DNA from: Lama glama
Taxonomy: Eukaryota
Direction: 5' to 3'
NCBI GenBank assembly: GCA_028534125.1
Contig: CM052817.1
Coordinates: forward strand, 3,040,001-3,104,000
Length of the DNA: 64,000 bases
The notes beneath the pieces are model-generated. The model ran no database searches, was not told the DNA's origin, and saw nothing but the letters and a program-made list of their open reading frames with translations. Positions 25,301-40,014 of this stretch are shown in pieces (positions within the stretch are counted from its first letter, which is position 1; every line of letters begins with the position of its first letter). A program made the position numbers and the translations under genes.

Positions 25301-27519
25301 TAAAGCAACCAGCGGGCAAAACCACCCCCACCTCGGCCAGCGTCTGCGGTTCATGTCAGTGGAAGTGCACGCTGCTCTAGCTTGCCAGAAGTTACAGGAT
25401 GGATTCTGTCATCTGTAGTGAGTCAGTGAATTCCTCCAAGCCAGGTCATCGAAATGGGCCGGGCAGGCCTGGCGGGGTGTGGGGGAGAGTGCCGGGGAAA
25501 GGAAATTCTTTTGGAAAGCTAAAGGCCGACTGTTCTTTTTTTTTCTTTTTTCTTTTTTTGTAACTCTGAGAGGCCGAACAGAAAGGTAGAGTAAGGAACA
25601 GGGAAGCAGGGGCAGGAGGCAGACCCTCTGCTGCAGGCACGCTTCCCCCAGGGACCCTAGTAAGGAAGCAGGAGCCTTTGAGGATGACGGGCCCGCTGTC
25701 CCTCGTCCTCTCCCGCCCCTCGCAGCTTTAGAAACCATGGTTGACTATTGGAATCATGGATTTCAGAGTGTGTGTTTGTTTTTTGTTTTTCCTTCAAATT
25801 AACCCTGGGGGAAAATCACTCAAAATTGTATCATTAAACAGCACACGAGAACGTGTGATTCTGTATCTCACTTTTAAGTGAAGCAGGTAACCCTTTTTTT
25901 TTAAACTTTCTTTTGTGAATTATGGGAATCTTATTTTACTAGACTCTTAGAACATTGTATTTTTTTAAATTAATGGCTTTGTTTTAAAAAAAAGTTGTTT
26001 TTTTTTCCGTGAGAGTACATGTTTCTTCCACATGTGTGGCCTGAATTTCTCCCAAATTTAGAATATGCCAAAAATGATGATGCCATGGGGGAATTTTAAA
26101 CTAAAGAATGAAAAAAAAGATGAAAAAGATTAATATAGTCCTTATTTACAATCTGACATAATGGCTGCAAGATGTTCGTATGTTATATAAATGTTTTAAA
26201 AATACACAGTTGACTCTCAATCAAAAGAGAAGTTTCAAAACGCGCTGCGGGGAGCCCGTGGCGTCCACAAGGTCGGTGGTCAGTTGGCGGTGTCGTGTCC
26301 CCACCCTGGCCCCAGTGCCTCTCTCTCCTCTCCCGTCTCTTCCTTCCCTCCCTCATCCTCTTCTGTTTCTTCCACCTCCTACCAGGTTTCCCATCTCCAA
26401 AACCAGGGTGATAATACCCACCACTTAGGGTAGTTGTAAATATTTAGGAGGAGATGAATGGAAAGCCATGTGCAAGCACTGTCTTTGATGACACGCAGAC
26501 TCAAAGTTTTCTTATGAAGCTTTCTGTTGTTCAAAAATGACCTATGATCCAGCTGTCCGGATGACCCCTGCTGATGGTGAAAAAGAAATTAACAGTAATA
26601 AAAGCAAGTACTTTCAAAGTTTTAACAGAACAGAAAGCTATAAATAGAAAAGAAAAGCCAGTATCTTCCCCTGAATGTTCCCAGCCCATCTTCCCATGGG
26701 CGCCACGATCACCAGCGTTTTTTATTTACTTCCAGAACCTGTTCCTTTCTGCACCCAGGTGGCTCTGTGGTTCACACTGTCATGTTCCCCTTTAGGCTGA
26801 AGCATGTGTTCCCTCACTTGCAGGGAGGGCTGCTGGCAGACAGCTGGCCAAGTTCATGTTCCCTTCCCAGGGCGTCTGCATCCCAAGCGATCCCTGGGTG
26901 TGACTGTCCCCCTCACGGGACAAGCCTGATGGCGCGTTCCAGCTCCAGAGCTGCCGCAGGATCAGGGCCTCGTATTTGGACTGCATTTTAGCTTCGCTTC
27001 GCTCTCTGCCCTGTCCTGCTTCCTTCCCCTCCCCCTACAGGTGTAGCTCTCTAAGGACACACCTCACTAAATACCCTGTGCGCCACTCTGTTTTAGCATC
27101 ATCTTCCCTGGGAATCCAACCTGTAGACATCTCCAGAGTCTCGTTTATCACATCACTGACAACACATACATCTTGAGGCATTTAAAGAAAAAAAGAGCTA
27201 CAAAGTTTCCTTTCTAATTCCTTCCGCAGTACTGTTAGTATAGTATCCTTTTCACCTTTTTTTTTTAATGCACTTACTGAGAATGTGAAAAATCTGGTAA
27301 ATGGTAAACATTCATAGCAGTCTGAGGCTAGTTGGTTTTGGTGTATTTTTTTCTTCCTTTCGGACAGGGCCACTGTCAGTTGGACTTTTTTAAAAAGTGG
27401 ATTGTCTCCTGGCCTGTGCCATTTGGGAGCCAAGGTTCTGGAACTGTGAAATAGGAGGGACTCTCGACATCTTTCTGAAAATCGGTTTCTATTAATTCTT
27501 TCATCAGTAAGTGGACTGG

Positions 27520-27730
27520 GGTCCAGGACTCAGACTCTGCACTTAGTTTGGGGCTGGAGTCCTGGCTCCACACTGTTCGGTTTGCCTGACTTTGGGCAAG
27601 TCACTTAATCAACTGGACCTCATTCTCCTAAGCTGAAAATGGACAGCTGTGATGATTAAATAAGATGTATGAAATGCCTCGTGTAGTGCTGACACTCAGT
27701 CCTTGGCAGCAGCTGTCATTGTTATTAACT
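27520..27730 (+). mobile_element. MIR SINE
   Basis: tgactttgggcaagtcacttaa...ctcattctcctaagctgaaaatgg. Confidence 0.65.
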
Positions 27731-28567
27731 ATTTAATGTAGTTCAGTAAAATAATAAAAACAGCAATGATTCCTTTCACAAATGAAGAAGCAGGCTCAGA
27801 AAGCTTAACCAACTTCCAGGAACCCGGATTAAATTAGCGACAGAGCTAGGACCCAGGTACCTGAGCTCTGAGACCGTGTATGTCCATTACGAGGTGTGCG
27901 TTTGGGACCCAGTAATATAACAAATCCAAAGCGGGCACAGGAGACCTCTGGGCAGAGATCTGGTTCGAGGTTTGACAGATCTAGTTTAAGGGAGAATTGA
28001 TGGGAACTCAGGCTCCATCTCGCCACAGTGCTGAGAGCTCTAGAGCGAATGTCAGCGATGCAAACGGAGCAGCGTGGACCCTCTACTCAGCTGGAAACTT
28101 TTGCAGACATTTAGTATATTATATGTTGCTATTTATACTCTTCATAAAGTCGTTTGTCTGCCTTTCAGAAAGAGAATAGAGATGAGACAGGTGGATACCA
28201 AGGGGCATAGACTGTGGAATAAAGTTCCCACGGTACCGTCTGCCACGTTCGGGCCGGCTGTGCCATTTCAGCAGATCTAATGTATTACATTCATGTCACT
28301 TGACGAGGAAGCTCCACTGGAACAGGAGGACTGTCAGAGCAGGGACTTTGTTCCCACGGAGTCACGCAGACGTTGCTGAATTAACCAGCAGCAGATGGGT
28401 TTGCCCTTAAGTGGAGGGGAGGCGGCGTGTGGAGCGGGGCTGTGTGTGTGATGCCTGTGAGTCTGCAGATCTGTCTTCCAGGCTCTGAGCATCTCCACTC
28501 TTCATGCATTCAGGTGCCTCGCCAGTACCCCCGTTTTTGTTGTGCTTGGGTTTTTCAGTGTCGATAA

Positions 28568-28798
<231 letters not shown>

Positions 28799-28939
28799 TG
28801 AGCCATTTGAATTCCCAAACCTCTTCCTGAGATCTGTTTTTATTTTAATGTGTATTTTTTTTCAAGTGTAGGCAAGCATGGATTAACCTGAATAGTTGTG
28901 TGTTTGACAGTGGAATATTCTGGTTACTTTGACATTAAT

Positions 28940-30180
28940 CACTTCAAATTTTGTCTTTAAAAGACCATCTGCCTCCTGTTTGCAAGCTGCTTGTAGAACT
29001 TTCTCTGCCACTTTGATTTTTCTGGCTTCATTTCATCGTGTCTGGATGTAGATTCTTTTTTATTTATTCTGCTTGGGATTCCCGGGGCTTTTAAAATCTG
29101 TGGATTGGTCTTTTCATAAGTTTTGGGGGAAAATTCCAGCCAGTTCCCTTAAAACATAACTTTGCCCCATTCCCTTCCCCCTAACTACCTTTAAATATAG
29201 GTTGGACTTTTTCACTGTATCCTGCTTTTATCTTTGTACTTTACTGTCCTCCCCCGCCCCCGCCTTTAGTCTGGTTAATTTTTTCTTGTTGCTTTCTAGC
29301 TGACCATTTCTCTCTTCAACTGTGTCTGGCCTGTTGTTAAGTTTATGCCTGTTCACTGGGTGCTTAATTTTGGCTATGGCTGTTTTCAGTTCTGGAACTT
29401 CTAGTTACTTCTTTTAGGGATGTTTGTTTGGGTTTTCTCCCCATAACGAGCACATCACAGGCATGGTTGTTCTGAGAGTGTCTTTGGTGGAGTTTGGACC
29501 TGGTTCTGTTACTTAGTGAGCTTTTCCTTGTTCGTGTCATTTTGTCGTCTCGTGTGCCGGGTTATATGGTGATCTTGCCGGTCATTATATTTGGGAAAAA
29601 TTATTGTAATAATTCTTAATAACAGCTCTATCGAAGTATAATGCACATGCCATACAGTTCACCCTATTGAAGTCTGACCCAGTGGTTTTTAGTGTATTCC
29701 CATAATTGTACAACCAGCACCATAATCTAATTCCAGAACATTTCATCAACCCAAAGAAGAAACGCTGTGCGCCCTAGGCTAACAGTCGCTGCCCTGCCCC
29801 GCCCCTGCCCCAGCCCCAAACAACCACTCATCTGCTTTCTGTTCCTATAGATTTGCCTGTTCTTGGCATTTTGTAGAAGCGCACTCATACAAGGTGTATC
29901 CTCATGTGACTGTCTTCTTTTACTTAGCATAATGTTTTCAAGGTCCGTCCATGTTGTATGTAATATGTAATAGCGTGTCATTACTTTTTATTGCTTTTTG
30001 TGTTGTGTCTAAGAAACCATTGTTTAATCCAGGGCCCTAAAGATTTATATTTTCTTCTAATAGTTTTATATGTTAGCTCTTAAATTTAATCTGAGGTCCA
30101 TTTTCATTTAATCTTTGCATATAGTGTGAGGTAAGGGTCCAATTTCATTCTTTTTCTTGGGGGTATTCAGTTGTCCGTAT
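28940..30180 (-). mobile_element. Old L1 fragments (L1ME/L1MB-like; L1MB 3' end at about 29610-29985)
   Basis: T-rich antisense L1 text; ataacagctctatcgaagtataatgcacatgccatacagttcacc...ttccagaacatttcatc...; ORF 29727..29981 is the typical L1 3' pseudo-ORF (TTWTDLENIMLS). Confidence 0.75.
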
Positions 30181-33037
30181 AGAAGTCATTTGATTCTTAG
30201 CACTGTGCTTTTCTCTCTGAGAGCCACGTGTTTGAGGGGCATTAGGTCTCCAAAATCGGTTTAATTTCAGACCCCGAGATTTTAAGAGCCATCCAAGTAT
30301 CTTGAAGTCAGCCTGCAATCTATCAAGGGCAGACTTACATTTATTTCAATCTTATTCCAAGACGCATTTCTTGGGGGGGAGGTCCCAATCCTAAGTATGG
30401 GAGTTTGGCCAGGGACCTCGTTCTTGGTATGCCCTGGACTCCAGCTTTTGGCTCCTACTCCCCCAGAGCTGGCAGAGTGCTGCCTAGCCTCTCAGCTGCC
30501 TCCTCTGGGTGGGGCTAGCAAGGAAGTCCCAGCTGCTAGGCTCCCTCCAGATTGCCATCTACTTCTGGATGACAGCTTGGTGTTTCCACAGTGTAATAGC
30601 TCTTTCATGCTCCTATGAAGATGCTGTGTGTATTTCATATTGCTCTCCTAATTGACCTTATCAGGAAGGTTGGTCCAAACCTTCTATTCCATCATTGCCT
30701 GCTAGTACTTGCTTTGAAAAAAGAGTAAGGAGGGGGTGGGAAAGCCTGCTGAGACATTTAATGACAACGACTCTTAAACCGTGCCGGTGTCCGTTAAATC
30801 TTGAGCTCCACTTCCCTCTCCTCCCCCAGGAGAGCGTAAGGGTCAGACTCTGTGATGACCACAGAGATTGCTTCTGTCGGGACAGAACACACAGATGGGG
30901 CTTTTCTCATGTCTGTAATGTGGGAGACTGAGCAGCGCACTGATGTTTTTTAATGGGAGCCCTGCAGTCAGGAGTCTCTGCTGCCGCTCACTTAGCCTTC
31001 CAGAGCCGGACGCTTAAGAGGCTACGCGTCACCCACCACCGTTACCAAAGTGCTTTGCCGCCATTTGGTACCTCTTAATCCCCAGAGCAGCTGCCTGGGA
31101 AGGGTGTTCTATCAGCCACTTCATTTCACAGGTGAGACGCCGAGCCCCAGGTGGGCGGGATGGCACAGGGGCCAACAGTGACGGGGCCGGGAGTGGACCT
31201 CAGGGTTTCCTGGCTTCACATTTCATTTTCATTCTGCTGGGCCACCTGACGATTTGCCACTTTCTCTCTTTGTTTCTTACTTTTAGGATCTCAGCACCAT
31301 CCCTTCGGCAAGGAGGGAAAGAATGCGGAAATGAGCAAGGAGCCTTACTGTGGTCCATTTTTCTTCACCTGGTCCCACCTTAGTTACCTGTGTCTGGCCT
31401 TCTGTGTTTGTGTGTTTACCTGGTCCCTAGTGGAGCGCTAAGAAAGGACACTCTGAAAGCTAAGCTTTCTTTTTTTCCTCTCTTCTCACAGTTTGTTCAG
31501 TATTTCATGCACACTAAAGAATAGCTCCCTTCTTAATGATATTGGTCTACCATGAAGTCATCTGGGTGTCACTGGATTTTACTATTTCATTGGGAAATGG
31601 CACCGAGCCAACAGTGCAGCCCACAAGTAGACAATTAAAGACAAAAGTTTTTCAAGATGCTGGGTGCTGATGGAGTGAAATAATCTTACATCTTACTTCA
31701 GCAGATGTGAGATACTTACAGATCAGAGGCACTTAACTAAGTATAGAATGATGACTCTGTTTGTCAATGGCAGCTTCATTGCAAGACTTTTTTTTTTGGC
31801 ATTTGCTGATATTTCTTTAAAAAGAAGTAAATAATTCATGGTAAGTCATCTTTCATGAAAGGGTTTAGATTGATTAATTACTTCATTTAACGTCTATGCT
31901 CTACTCCCATTGCATATTATCGCACGAGAACCAAAGAAGTCTTGATTAGAAATCAAAGTCAGATGGCAAAACTGGTTTCAGCCAGTCAATTATAGAATTT
32001 TAATTTTTTAAAACCGGCAGAGACTAGAGATGTTTTAGTTTCATCCAGACACTGTTGTTAGATTGGCAGCCTTCTCAGAATCACCTGAAATCTAACAGAT
32101 TCCTGGTGATGAGATTCATTCTGGACCTAAGAACTTTTTTTTTTAACTTTATATCTTTTATCCTTTTTAAGATCTAAAATGCCACAGATACAACTGAAAC
32201 GTACCTCCCCTATTAATTCTCTCTCCCTCTTCAAAGGTAACTTTTATCCTGAATTTGGTCATATCAGCAGCTAGCCTGTGGCTCCAACTTTGTTCTATTT
32301 TTTTTAGATGTTTTAAAACTTTGAAATCATAGTCTTATGTGTGATAAGTCGATGCTGTCATCATGGTTTTTTATCTCACCTTGTAAAGGCCACATCTTTG
32401 TGACTGAAGTAGATTTTTTTTCCTTAAATTAAAGAACTACGATCATGAAAGGAACAACCCTTATTTATCTTGATGGTAGCAATGTTAGAGGGACAGAAGA
32501 TTGAGTTGAAGGGTCTGGAAATCTGGAGTACATTCTGGGAATGCCTTTAACTCGTGATATTTTGGGCCACCAAACACTCCCATTTATCTATCAAGTGGAA
32601 ATAACACTGATCAGGATGATCAAAAAGCTGGAATGAAAAAGCCATACAAATGCACTCTTAGAACTGTAACAAACTGTTGACGTGTGTGATTTATTACTAT
32701 CACCTCTTAGGATTCCTTCTGTGAAAACTCTGTCAACTCTCTGACATGAATTGTTTTATAAGACGAATGCCAAGTCTTTTACTAACATAAACTCCTATTA
32801 TCCCATGTTGTCTTAAACTTATTATCCAGGCTTTCAGTATTTTGAAACATGGCCTCAGTGTAACAATGAAAGACCTTTTAAGCAAGTCACACACACACCC
32901 CGTGTCAGGTGCGAGAAGCGTGGGGACCTCAGCCAGGACATGACCGGACAGACATTTCTTCAAGGATTTCTGCCAGATTTGTTTCTCCCCTCTCGGCCTG
33001 CAACTTCCATTACCAGCAGCTCTTGCCAAAGTTAACT

Positions 33038-33092
33038 CTGTGTGTGTGTGTGAGTGTGTGTGTGAGTGAGTGTGTGTGAGTGTGTGTGTGAG
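33038..33092. repeat. (GT)n/(GA) compound microsatellite
   Basis: tgtgtgtgtgtgtgagtgtgtgtgtgagtgagtgtg... Confidence 0.9.
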
Positions 33093-34044
33093 CATGCACA
33101 GATGCTGAACACATGAACCATCTTGTCGGGGTCAGTCAGAAGACAAGAGCCAATATTCCCAGAAACCGAGTGGTCAGGTTTCCTTAAAAAATGTGCAGAG
33201 ATTGTGTTTCTGGAGATGAGGGCTCAAGTTAAAAGCAAACAAAAATACCACAGAACATATAACAATTTGTTTTTTGAAGGATTTGTGATTCTGAATTTGG
33301 CTCCAGTTCTCTTAAAGACCTAGATAACTTCTCATAGAATGTGGCTCTTTGAAAAGAAACATTAACATAAAAACCTTATTTGCAGCTATTTAAAAAATTG
33401 AGTGATAAACCCTTTATTTACTATTTCTGGATTAACTCTGCAGGGGCAATACAGCAATAAACAGAGATCGAGATCAGAGTAGACAGTTTCATGAAGATAA
33501 CTGAAATAACCCAGCCATTTGATAAAACCCGTGGAAAGAAAGACTGGCTCCTGCTCGCTGACCTTTTCCACTGTGCCCTTCTCTGTCCCTGTTATTAAAT
33601 AGGCTCGTGATGTCCGAGTGCCACGAGTAACCCTACCTGGCCCAGGTACGCCGGCTCTCCGCTGGGCTACTGAATGTCCACCCCAGTCTAAGTGCTGTGG
33701 GAGACACTGGTCTCTCCACGAGGAATGTAAGCTCCAGCAGGGAAAACTCATAGGGAGGAGATGGCATAATCGGTCTTGTACAGCTTTATAAGCATCCAGA
33801 TATTTGGGTTTTCATCAGGAAAGGCTTCTCAGAAAATGTGACCACATTAGGGAACTAGCTTTGATGGCTCGGTAACCTCGTCTGGCTTCAGAACTTCAGA
33901 GACTCCGCAGGTCCCTCAAAGCTTTGTTGGCTGGCAAAACAGGACCTGATGTGGACAGCAGAGAGCAAGGGGGACTGTCCCGTGACAGGGGAGTCAGCGA
34001 GGCCGGGCGTGTTGGTGCTGCAGGCACGGCTTTAATTGGATGCT

Positions 34045-34091
34045 CTCTTTTCTTCTCTTTTCTTTCTTTCTTTTCTTTCTTTTCTTTCTTT

Positions 34092-34170
<79 letters not shown>

Positions 34171-34286
34171 ATCTTTCTTTCTTTCTTTCTTTTTTTTCTT
34201 TCTCCCTTTCTCCCTTTCTCTCTTTCTCTCTTTCTCTCTTTCTTTCCCTCTTTCCCTCTTTTTCTCTCTCTTTCTTTCTTTCTTTT
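34045..34286. repeat. (TTTC)n microsatellite within a roughly 240-bp polypyrimidine tract
   Basis: Long perfect ctttctttcttt run with degenerate CT-rich flanks. Confidence 0.95.
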
Positions 34287-36769
34287 AAAAAAGTCCCCCC
34301 TCCCTGAGGACTTCAGCAGAGGACTGGGGAAACTTTGTCAACGAGGTTTTGCTTACCTTACCTGATGGCCTAGTCTCTTTCCTTCTGTTTTTTACTCACA
34401 CCTTTTTTCCTCATTAGGAAATTTGAGTCCAATTTACCTCTTCATTTCCTCCTCCTTTTTTCTTTAATCAAACTATTTTTTTAGCGGCTGTTATGTGCTA
34501 GGCCTTGGGAAAAGCGGCATAAGGGAGGCGGGGCCCCTTCTGTGAGAACGAGCCCGGCTCAGCGGAAGCAGCAGGCCTGGGCGCACAGGGCGCCCGTGGC
34601 CCGGGCTGGGCTGCGGCACGTGGGTGGGCAGCCGCGCTGTGTCCCGCGGGGGACAGTCAGAGGGGGCTCCCTGGTCATGCAGGGCCTGGGCCGATCCAGA
34701 AGGAAGAGAGGGCGCACACCTCCTCCGGGAGACACTTGAGGTCTGTCTAGAGCAGTCCCACCAAAGGGCTTTGTAGGTCCTGCCCCTCCTTGGGGAAGAA
34801 AAAGAAAGAGGAGAAAGAAAAAAGAGACTTTGTCAAGAGACAGGTTCCTGGAGGTCTTGTTTCACAGGGGTCGGCCTTTTAGTTGAAATGAAGACCTCGT
34901 GAGCATCGGGTGTGTGTACAGTTGAAACACAGTTTCGTGTGTGTAAGGCTCTAGTCCCAAGAAGGGAGCTCACGTGCACCCAGTGTCCATCCTGGTCCTG
35001 GAGACGAGCGGGGCCGGGCACACATGTCTGATTTGTCATTTAGTTTTCGAGGTGGGGCGCTGCCCTGTGCTCGTTCAGGATGGATGGGGGAGTGGGGCTC
35101 AGAGCCCAGGCGCTGGCTGTGTGTGCAGAGCAGGCGGTGGAACTGGGGTTTCAAGCCCAGCTTCTTTCTGCTGCAAAAGTCCGGGAGTTTCCCATCGCAC
35201 TGTCTGCTTTCCCCAGAGAAAAGAGAAAGTCTAGTCTTCAGATCCAATAAAAGCGTGCCTTGTCAACTGAAGGTTTAGCAAACATCGGGAAGGTGAGGGT
35301 GTAAAGATGCGCTACAGAAAAAGCGGCCGAGAGACCCACGTGAAACAGAGAAACAGGGAAGCGAACCTTTTCCGCTCGGAGACGTCCGGGAGGCTCAGGG
35401 CACCGGCTCAGCATCACCTCTAGTTCTGTTTCCGCACCTCACAGTAGACAAGGAGGAAACCACTGCAGGAGGCTCTCTGGGCCTCTTTTCTCATCTCCTG
35501 TTTGAGTCTCTATCGAGGACGTCACTCTGATTTTTTATAGAACAACTGAGCAGCAGAGTGGCCGATAACACGACCCCAGTCTCCCGCCAGTTCCTGGCTC
35601 TGATCCCAACCCCAGAGCAAGCCAAGGAACTCTGGATGTGTCTGTTGAGATCCTATTGCAAAATTACTACACAGAAGATATCTGGGACTTTGGCATTTCT
35701 TCCTATCTTACTTTTTTTTTCCTTTTTGGCTCAGAAGGCACTTGAGTTGAACTCAGATTGCAGCTTAGTTCCAAAAAGAATAGAAGACCTTTTGAAAGAT
35801 TTTGAAAGACAGACTTGTCTGTCTCGTTTGCCATATGTCTCCAGTGATCAGGATCACACTTAGCTCTCTGCGAGTCCTCAGTAAGGCTGGGAGGGACAGC
35901 GGGGGACCACAGGGGTGGCTGTGAACGCCAGGAGCACCACACGATGCTGCTTGCATCTCTGGGTCTGGGCCACAGTCACTTTCTGAGCTCTCGACATAAA
36001 CCACAAGGTTGCTGGCAGTGATGATGTCGGTGACAGCAGCCTCTGTGTTTTGAACGTACATGTGCTGGATGCTGGCTTAGGGTCACATTTTCTCTTAACT
36101 TAGTCATGAATAGCAAGGCGGGCCATCTTGATACGCCTTCCTCTGCTTCTAAGGAAGCTGAGATCACAGAGGCTGTGACATTCAGGGAGCAGTGATGTTC
36201 TTGCCTCCCAGTCACTGGGAGCATAGGCTCGGTCAGACTCCGCAGCCTTCTCAGACTCCCACTGCCGAATGCACTGGCCTTTCTGCATCCTCCCTGCCTT
36301 CTCCAGATCCCCGTCCACCCTCCTGTCTCTGAAAAGCCCTTCCTTTGCTCCTCTCCTCCCTAGGTGTCCCCTCCAGTCATGCCCCCTCCTCCCTCACAGA
36401 GACCCTCCTCTGGGGCTCATCTGCTGGGCGCTCCCCCGGCTCTCTCCCTCCTCCTCCCTGCCCCTGGGAGGCAGCTTCTGGTTGGCTTGCAGCCTCCCTG
36501 TCCACTGCAGCTCAGACTCTCACCCGCCTCTCTCCTTAGGCTCTACCCCATGTATTGACCGGCTCTCAGTCTTTCTCTGGGATCTCTGTCCTGCTTTGTC
36601 TTACCCTCCTCTGCTGACTTATCCCATCCACGGCTCTGGGCATCAGCCCCTTGACACTGGATCCCTCGCCCCTGCCGGCTTCTCCTGCTCCATCTCTGGC
36701 CGCGTGGCACCCTGGGTTTCCTGTAATCTCTTCACATCTGCCACAGGGCCTTTGCACCTCATTCCCTCT

Positions 36770-37105
36770 GCCTGGAGCCCTTGCCACCAGTTCTTCACTC
36801 GGCTGCAGCCTTCTGATGATTTAGCTCAGCTCACAGCTTCTATATCATTGCAGGAGGGCCTCTCTTGGTCTCAGTCAGCCCCTCTTTTTGTTAAAGACCA
36901 CCTTCTATTCTTTGTAGAGCTTCTGTCTTACATTGCCTTCATCTTTGGGTGATGCTCTTTGTTTACGGTGGTCTCTGAATTTTGCTGGAATGGGAGCTCC
37001 ACAGGGGCAGGACTCTCACGTATATTGTTCTCATCTGTGTCCAGCACCCATGTCAGTACCAGAAGTGGAGGGACATTTGGTGAATGATGAGTGAGTGAAC
37101 AAATG
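36770..37105 (+). mobile_element. L2 3' fragment
   Basis: cagggcctttgcacctc...tgcctggagccc...gagctccacaggggcagg...atttggtgaatgatgagtgagtgaa. Confidence 0.6.
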
Positions 37106-37243
37106 AGTGCCTGGCGTCCCAGAACTTCAGTCCAGATGACTTTGATCCCTTGATGTTCCTCCCACACCTCATGCCTCTGCTCTGACCCCTTATGTAAACA
37201 TCTCTGCACTGGATGTACTCAGAAATGTCTGCCCTCACTACAG

Positions 37244-37339
37244 GTGATCAGGGAGGTCTACAGTGGCTGTAGTGGGCCAGTGGATCTGGAATGTCCTCCC
37301 ACCTCGAGCTCCCCGGTGCACAAGGCAGAACTGGAGAAG
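37244..37339 (+). CDS. AFAP1: AFAP1 coding exon 6: VIREVYSGCSGPVDLECPPTSSSPVHKAELEK
   Basis: Acceptor tacag|, donor AAG|GTAAGG; 96 nt, phase 0-0. Not in the ORF track; read directly. Confidence 0.95.
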
Positions 37340-37949
37340 GTAAGGGGCATGTTTCTTTCTAGGAATTAATCTTACAGTTGATTTAGGACTCCCTCGAAGT
37401 TTTAATAACATCTCTGAGAGTTTCAGCACTTCTAGTTGGGAAAAAAAGAGAAAAAATAATGGCTCTTGCCTACTGTGTGTGAAGCACAAGTCAGCAGTCA
37501 CAGACCACGTGGTGGATCTTGCTGTTACCAGCTATAGGCGCAGAAGTGGGCTTACGGTGTTAAGGATTTAAGGTGTCCAAGCAGAGTAAGATCTGCAGGC
37601 AGCTCTGTGCTCTGGAATACAGCAGGCGTTTCATAAGTGTGTCTTGCCAGAGGTTTATTTCCAGCAGACAGGTTACATTTCCTGTTCTTTACTCTGTACT
37701 CGGGCACAGGGGTGCTGCAGTGCTGCAGTGGGGCAGGGGGGCCCTTCCCGCCAGAGCGGAGGAGCCCGTCACCCCCCCGCCCCGCACACACAGCTTCGCT
37801 CCCTGGTCGGGCTCTGTTTGTCTGGATGTGCAAAGATCTTGGGTCCCTGGCGATCCTTGGCTTCCTGCCAGCAGTGTTCAGCTGGTAGCTTGTGTCCCAG
37901 GCACTTTCTGAGGCCCCACCCCGCCAGCGAGAAGATCCTTTTTCCTCTG

Positions 37950-38408
37950 TTCTTGTTTCAGCGTTCTCCAAACAGAACCATTGCGGGGGTGTATGTATGT
38001 ACATGTGTACATATTTTATATGTTATATAATATGTATAAAATTTAAATATAAAAAAATTCTATATGTAACATTGTGGAAGTATGTGTATCTATGTCCACA
38101 TGGAGAGATTTATTATGAGAAATCAGCTTCCTTGACCACAGAGGCCGGCAAGTCCAAAATTGTAGTGCGGGCCTGGAGAGCTGACTGTGCAGGTGAAGCC
38201 TGAAGGCAGGCTTCTCCAGCAGGTGAGGTCTGCTGGAGAATTCCCCCTTGCCTGTCCATTTTTTAATTTTTTCTTTTCAGGACATCAGCTGATGGGGTGA
38301 GACCCCCCCCACATCATGGAGGGTAATCTCCTTACTCAGAGTTCACCAATTTAACTGTTAGTTCCATCCACAAACACCCCCAGGTTGACAAGTAAAGGCA
38401 ACCTCACA
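37950..38408. mobile_element. MLT2-type solo LTR
   Basis: ttctccaaacagaacca...agagatttattatgag...ggcaagtccaaaat...gagggtaatctccttactcagagttcacc...aacctcaca. Confidence 0.75.
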
Positions 38409-40014
38409 CCCCTCGCCCTCGTACTGTGACGGAGCAGGCCTGTCTCTTTGTCCTGATCACAGAATTCATGCCTGCTCCCTGTGGAAAATTTAGGAAGTTC
38501 AGAGAAACAGAATGGGAGGAATAAAGTCACTCACGAGTCCCCCTCAGGGGCAGCTCCTCTCAATACTCTACATGTGTTTAAACAAGTTTTTTCCTATTCG
38601 TGTGTTTCTTTCACAGTTTAGATAATCTGATGCGTTAAATTTCTTATGCTGCTTTTTGTTTTTTTTTTCACTTACCTTTATATTATTAGCAATTTTCCAG
38701 GTTTTTGAAAATGCATAGCAAGCATTTTTGCATTTTCACTAGCTGAATAATATCCAATGCGTATGACTCGACTATCACGTCAAGTCATACACCTCATGCG
38801 TATACACGTGCCATGTGTATACCCCGCCCTGGAACAGACGCTTTTCTTTTTTGAGTCATGATGCTTCGTGTGTGTGTGACTCTTTGCTGCTTCTCTACTA
38901 CCTGAGATTAATTTCCTCGAAGGTGGATTACTTACTAGTCCAAAGAATTATTTTTACAAGTTTGATCCATGCTGCTAAGCAAGTTACTTTCCAGAAAGCT
39001 TGGTCCTGTGCTGTCTCCCGTACACAGTGCATCAGAGCTCCTCTTCGACCCGCTCAGACGGGAGCTGGCAGTGCCCTTCTGCACCTTGGTTTCTAAGGCT
39101 GCACTGTGACTGCCTGGCTGGGCCTGTTGGCCTAGATCCCAGGGGTGCTTCCTGGCCTGAGAGCTGGGCTCTGTCACTGTCACTGCATGTACTCGGGCCT
39201 CCCAGGACACCATGATTCTTCACTGCAGCTCTTCCCAGCACCACTGGGGATTGCTGGCCCCTGTCTGCCATCCTCAGCCAGCACTGCCTGGACCTGTTAT
39301 CACGAGTTGAGGGTGTGTCCGCTGTGTCCTGGCATCGCCGGGTACTTTGTCTCCCTGCTGGCCAGTCTCCATGGCACTAGGGTGTGACTCGAGGTTCTAA
39401 GGAGGGACGTCCTGGAGCTGTTACCCCCTCAGAAGACTCCACAGGGTCTCTGGTCGGAATGGGAGGGGCTCTGCTCAGAACAGTGTCTTCTTCAGATACT
39501 AACCTGGAGTCCTAATTGTGCTCCTCACGCCCGGATACTAGGACTAAAATCATTACAAGTATCCAGTGCTGTTTGACAATTTGAGAGTCCCTTGCCTCTC
39601 TGTGGGCGTTCTGAGTGTATTGCTGCCAGCAGAGACTTGACCCTTGCCCAGTTATTGGTGAATGCCAGGAGGAGATTCCATGGGCGATGTAGTGTTGGTT
39701 TCTGGAAGGATAATGTGGTTTGGTGAGGGGAATTTTTTTTTGTAATCCTAATATAATTTTCAAAATGATTTGAATGAAACAGGTTTGGTACTACAAGCAC
39801 ATGTTAGTATAACCTTAGGGTTTTCTTTGTTCTTTTTTCCTTTTAAAGTCTTTGTAGCAAACCAGCCAGCTAGTTAGTCTGTGTTACAGTTGAGCTCTGT
39901 CTCCAGATCATCGTGAACATGGCCCGTGTTTTCTTTCACTTCTGATTGGTCCGTGATGAACCACTTTGTCAGTGTGGCCGTTGTAAGAATAACTTAATCT
40001 TTTTATCCTCACAG

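Noticed and set aside
33924..34365. Three overlapping F/L/S-rich ORFs that look like membrane proteins
   Set aside because: They are translations of the (TTTC)n microsatellite.
36269..36952. 227-aa ORF
   Set aside because: Pyrimidine-rich, L2-derived sequence giving an L/P/S-rich translation without stops by chance.
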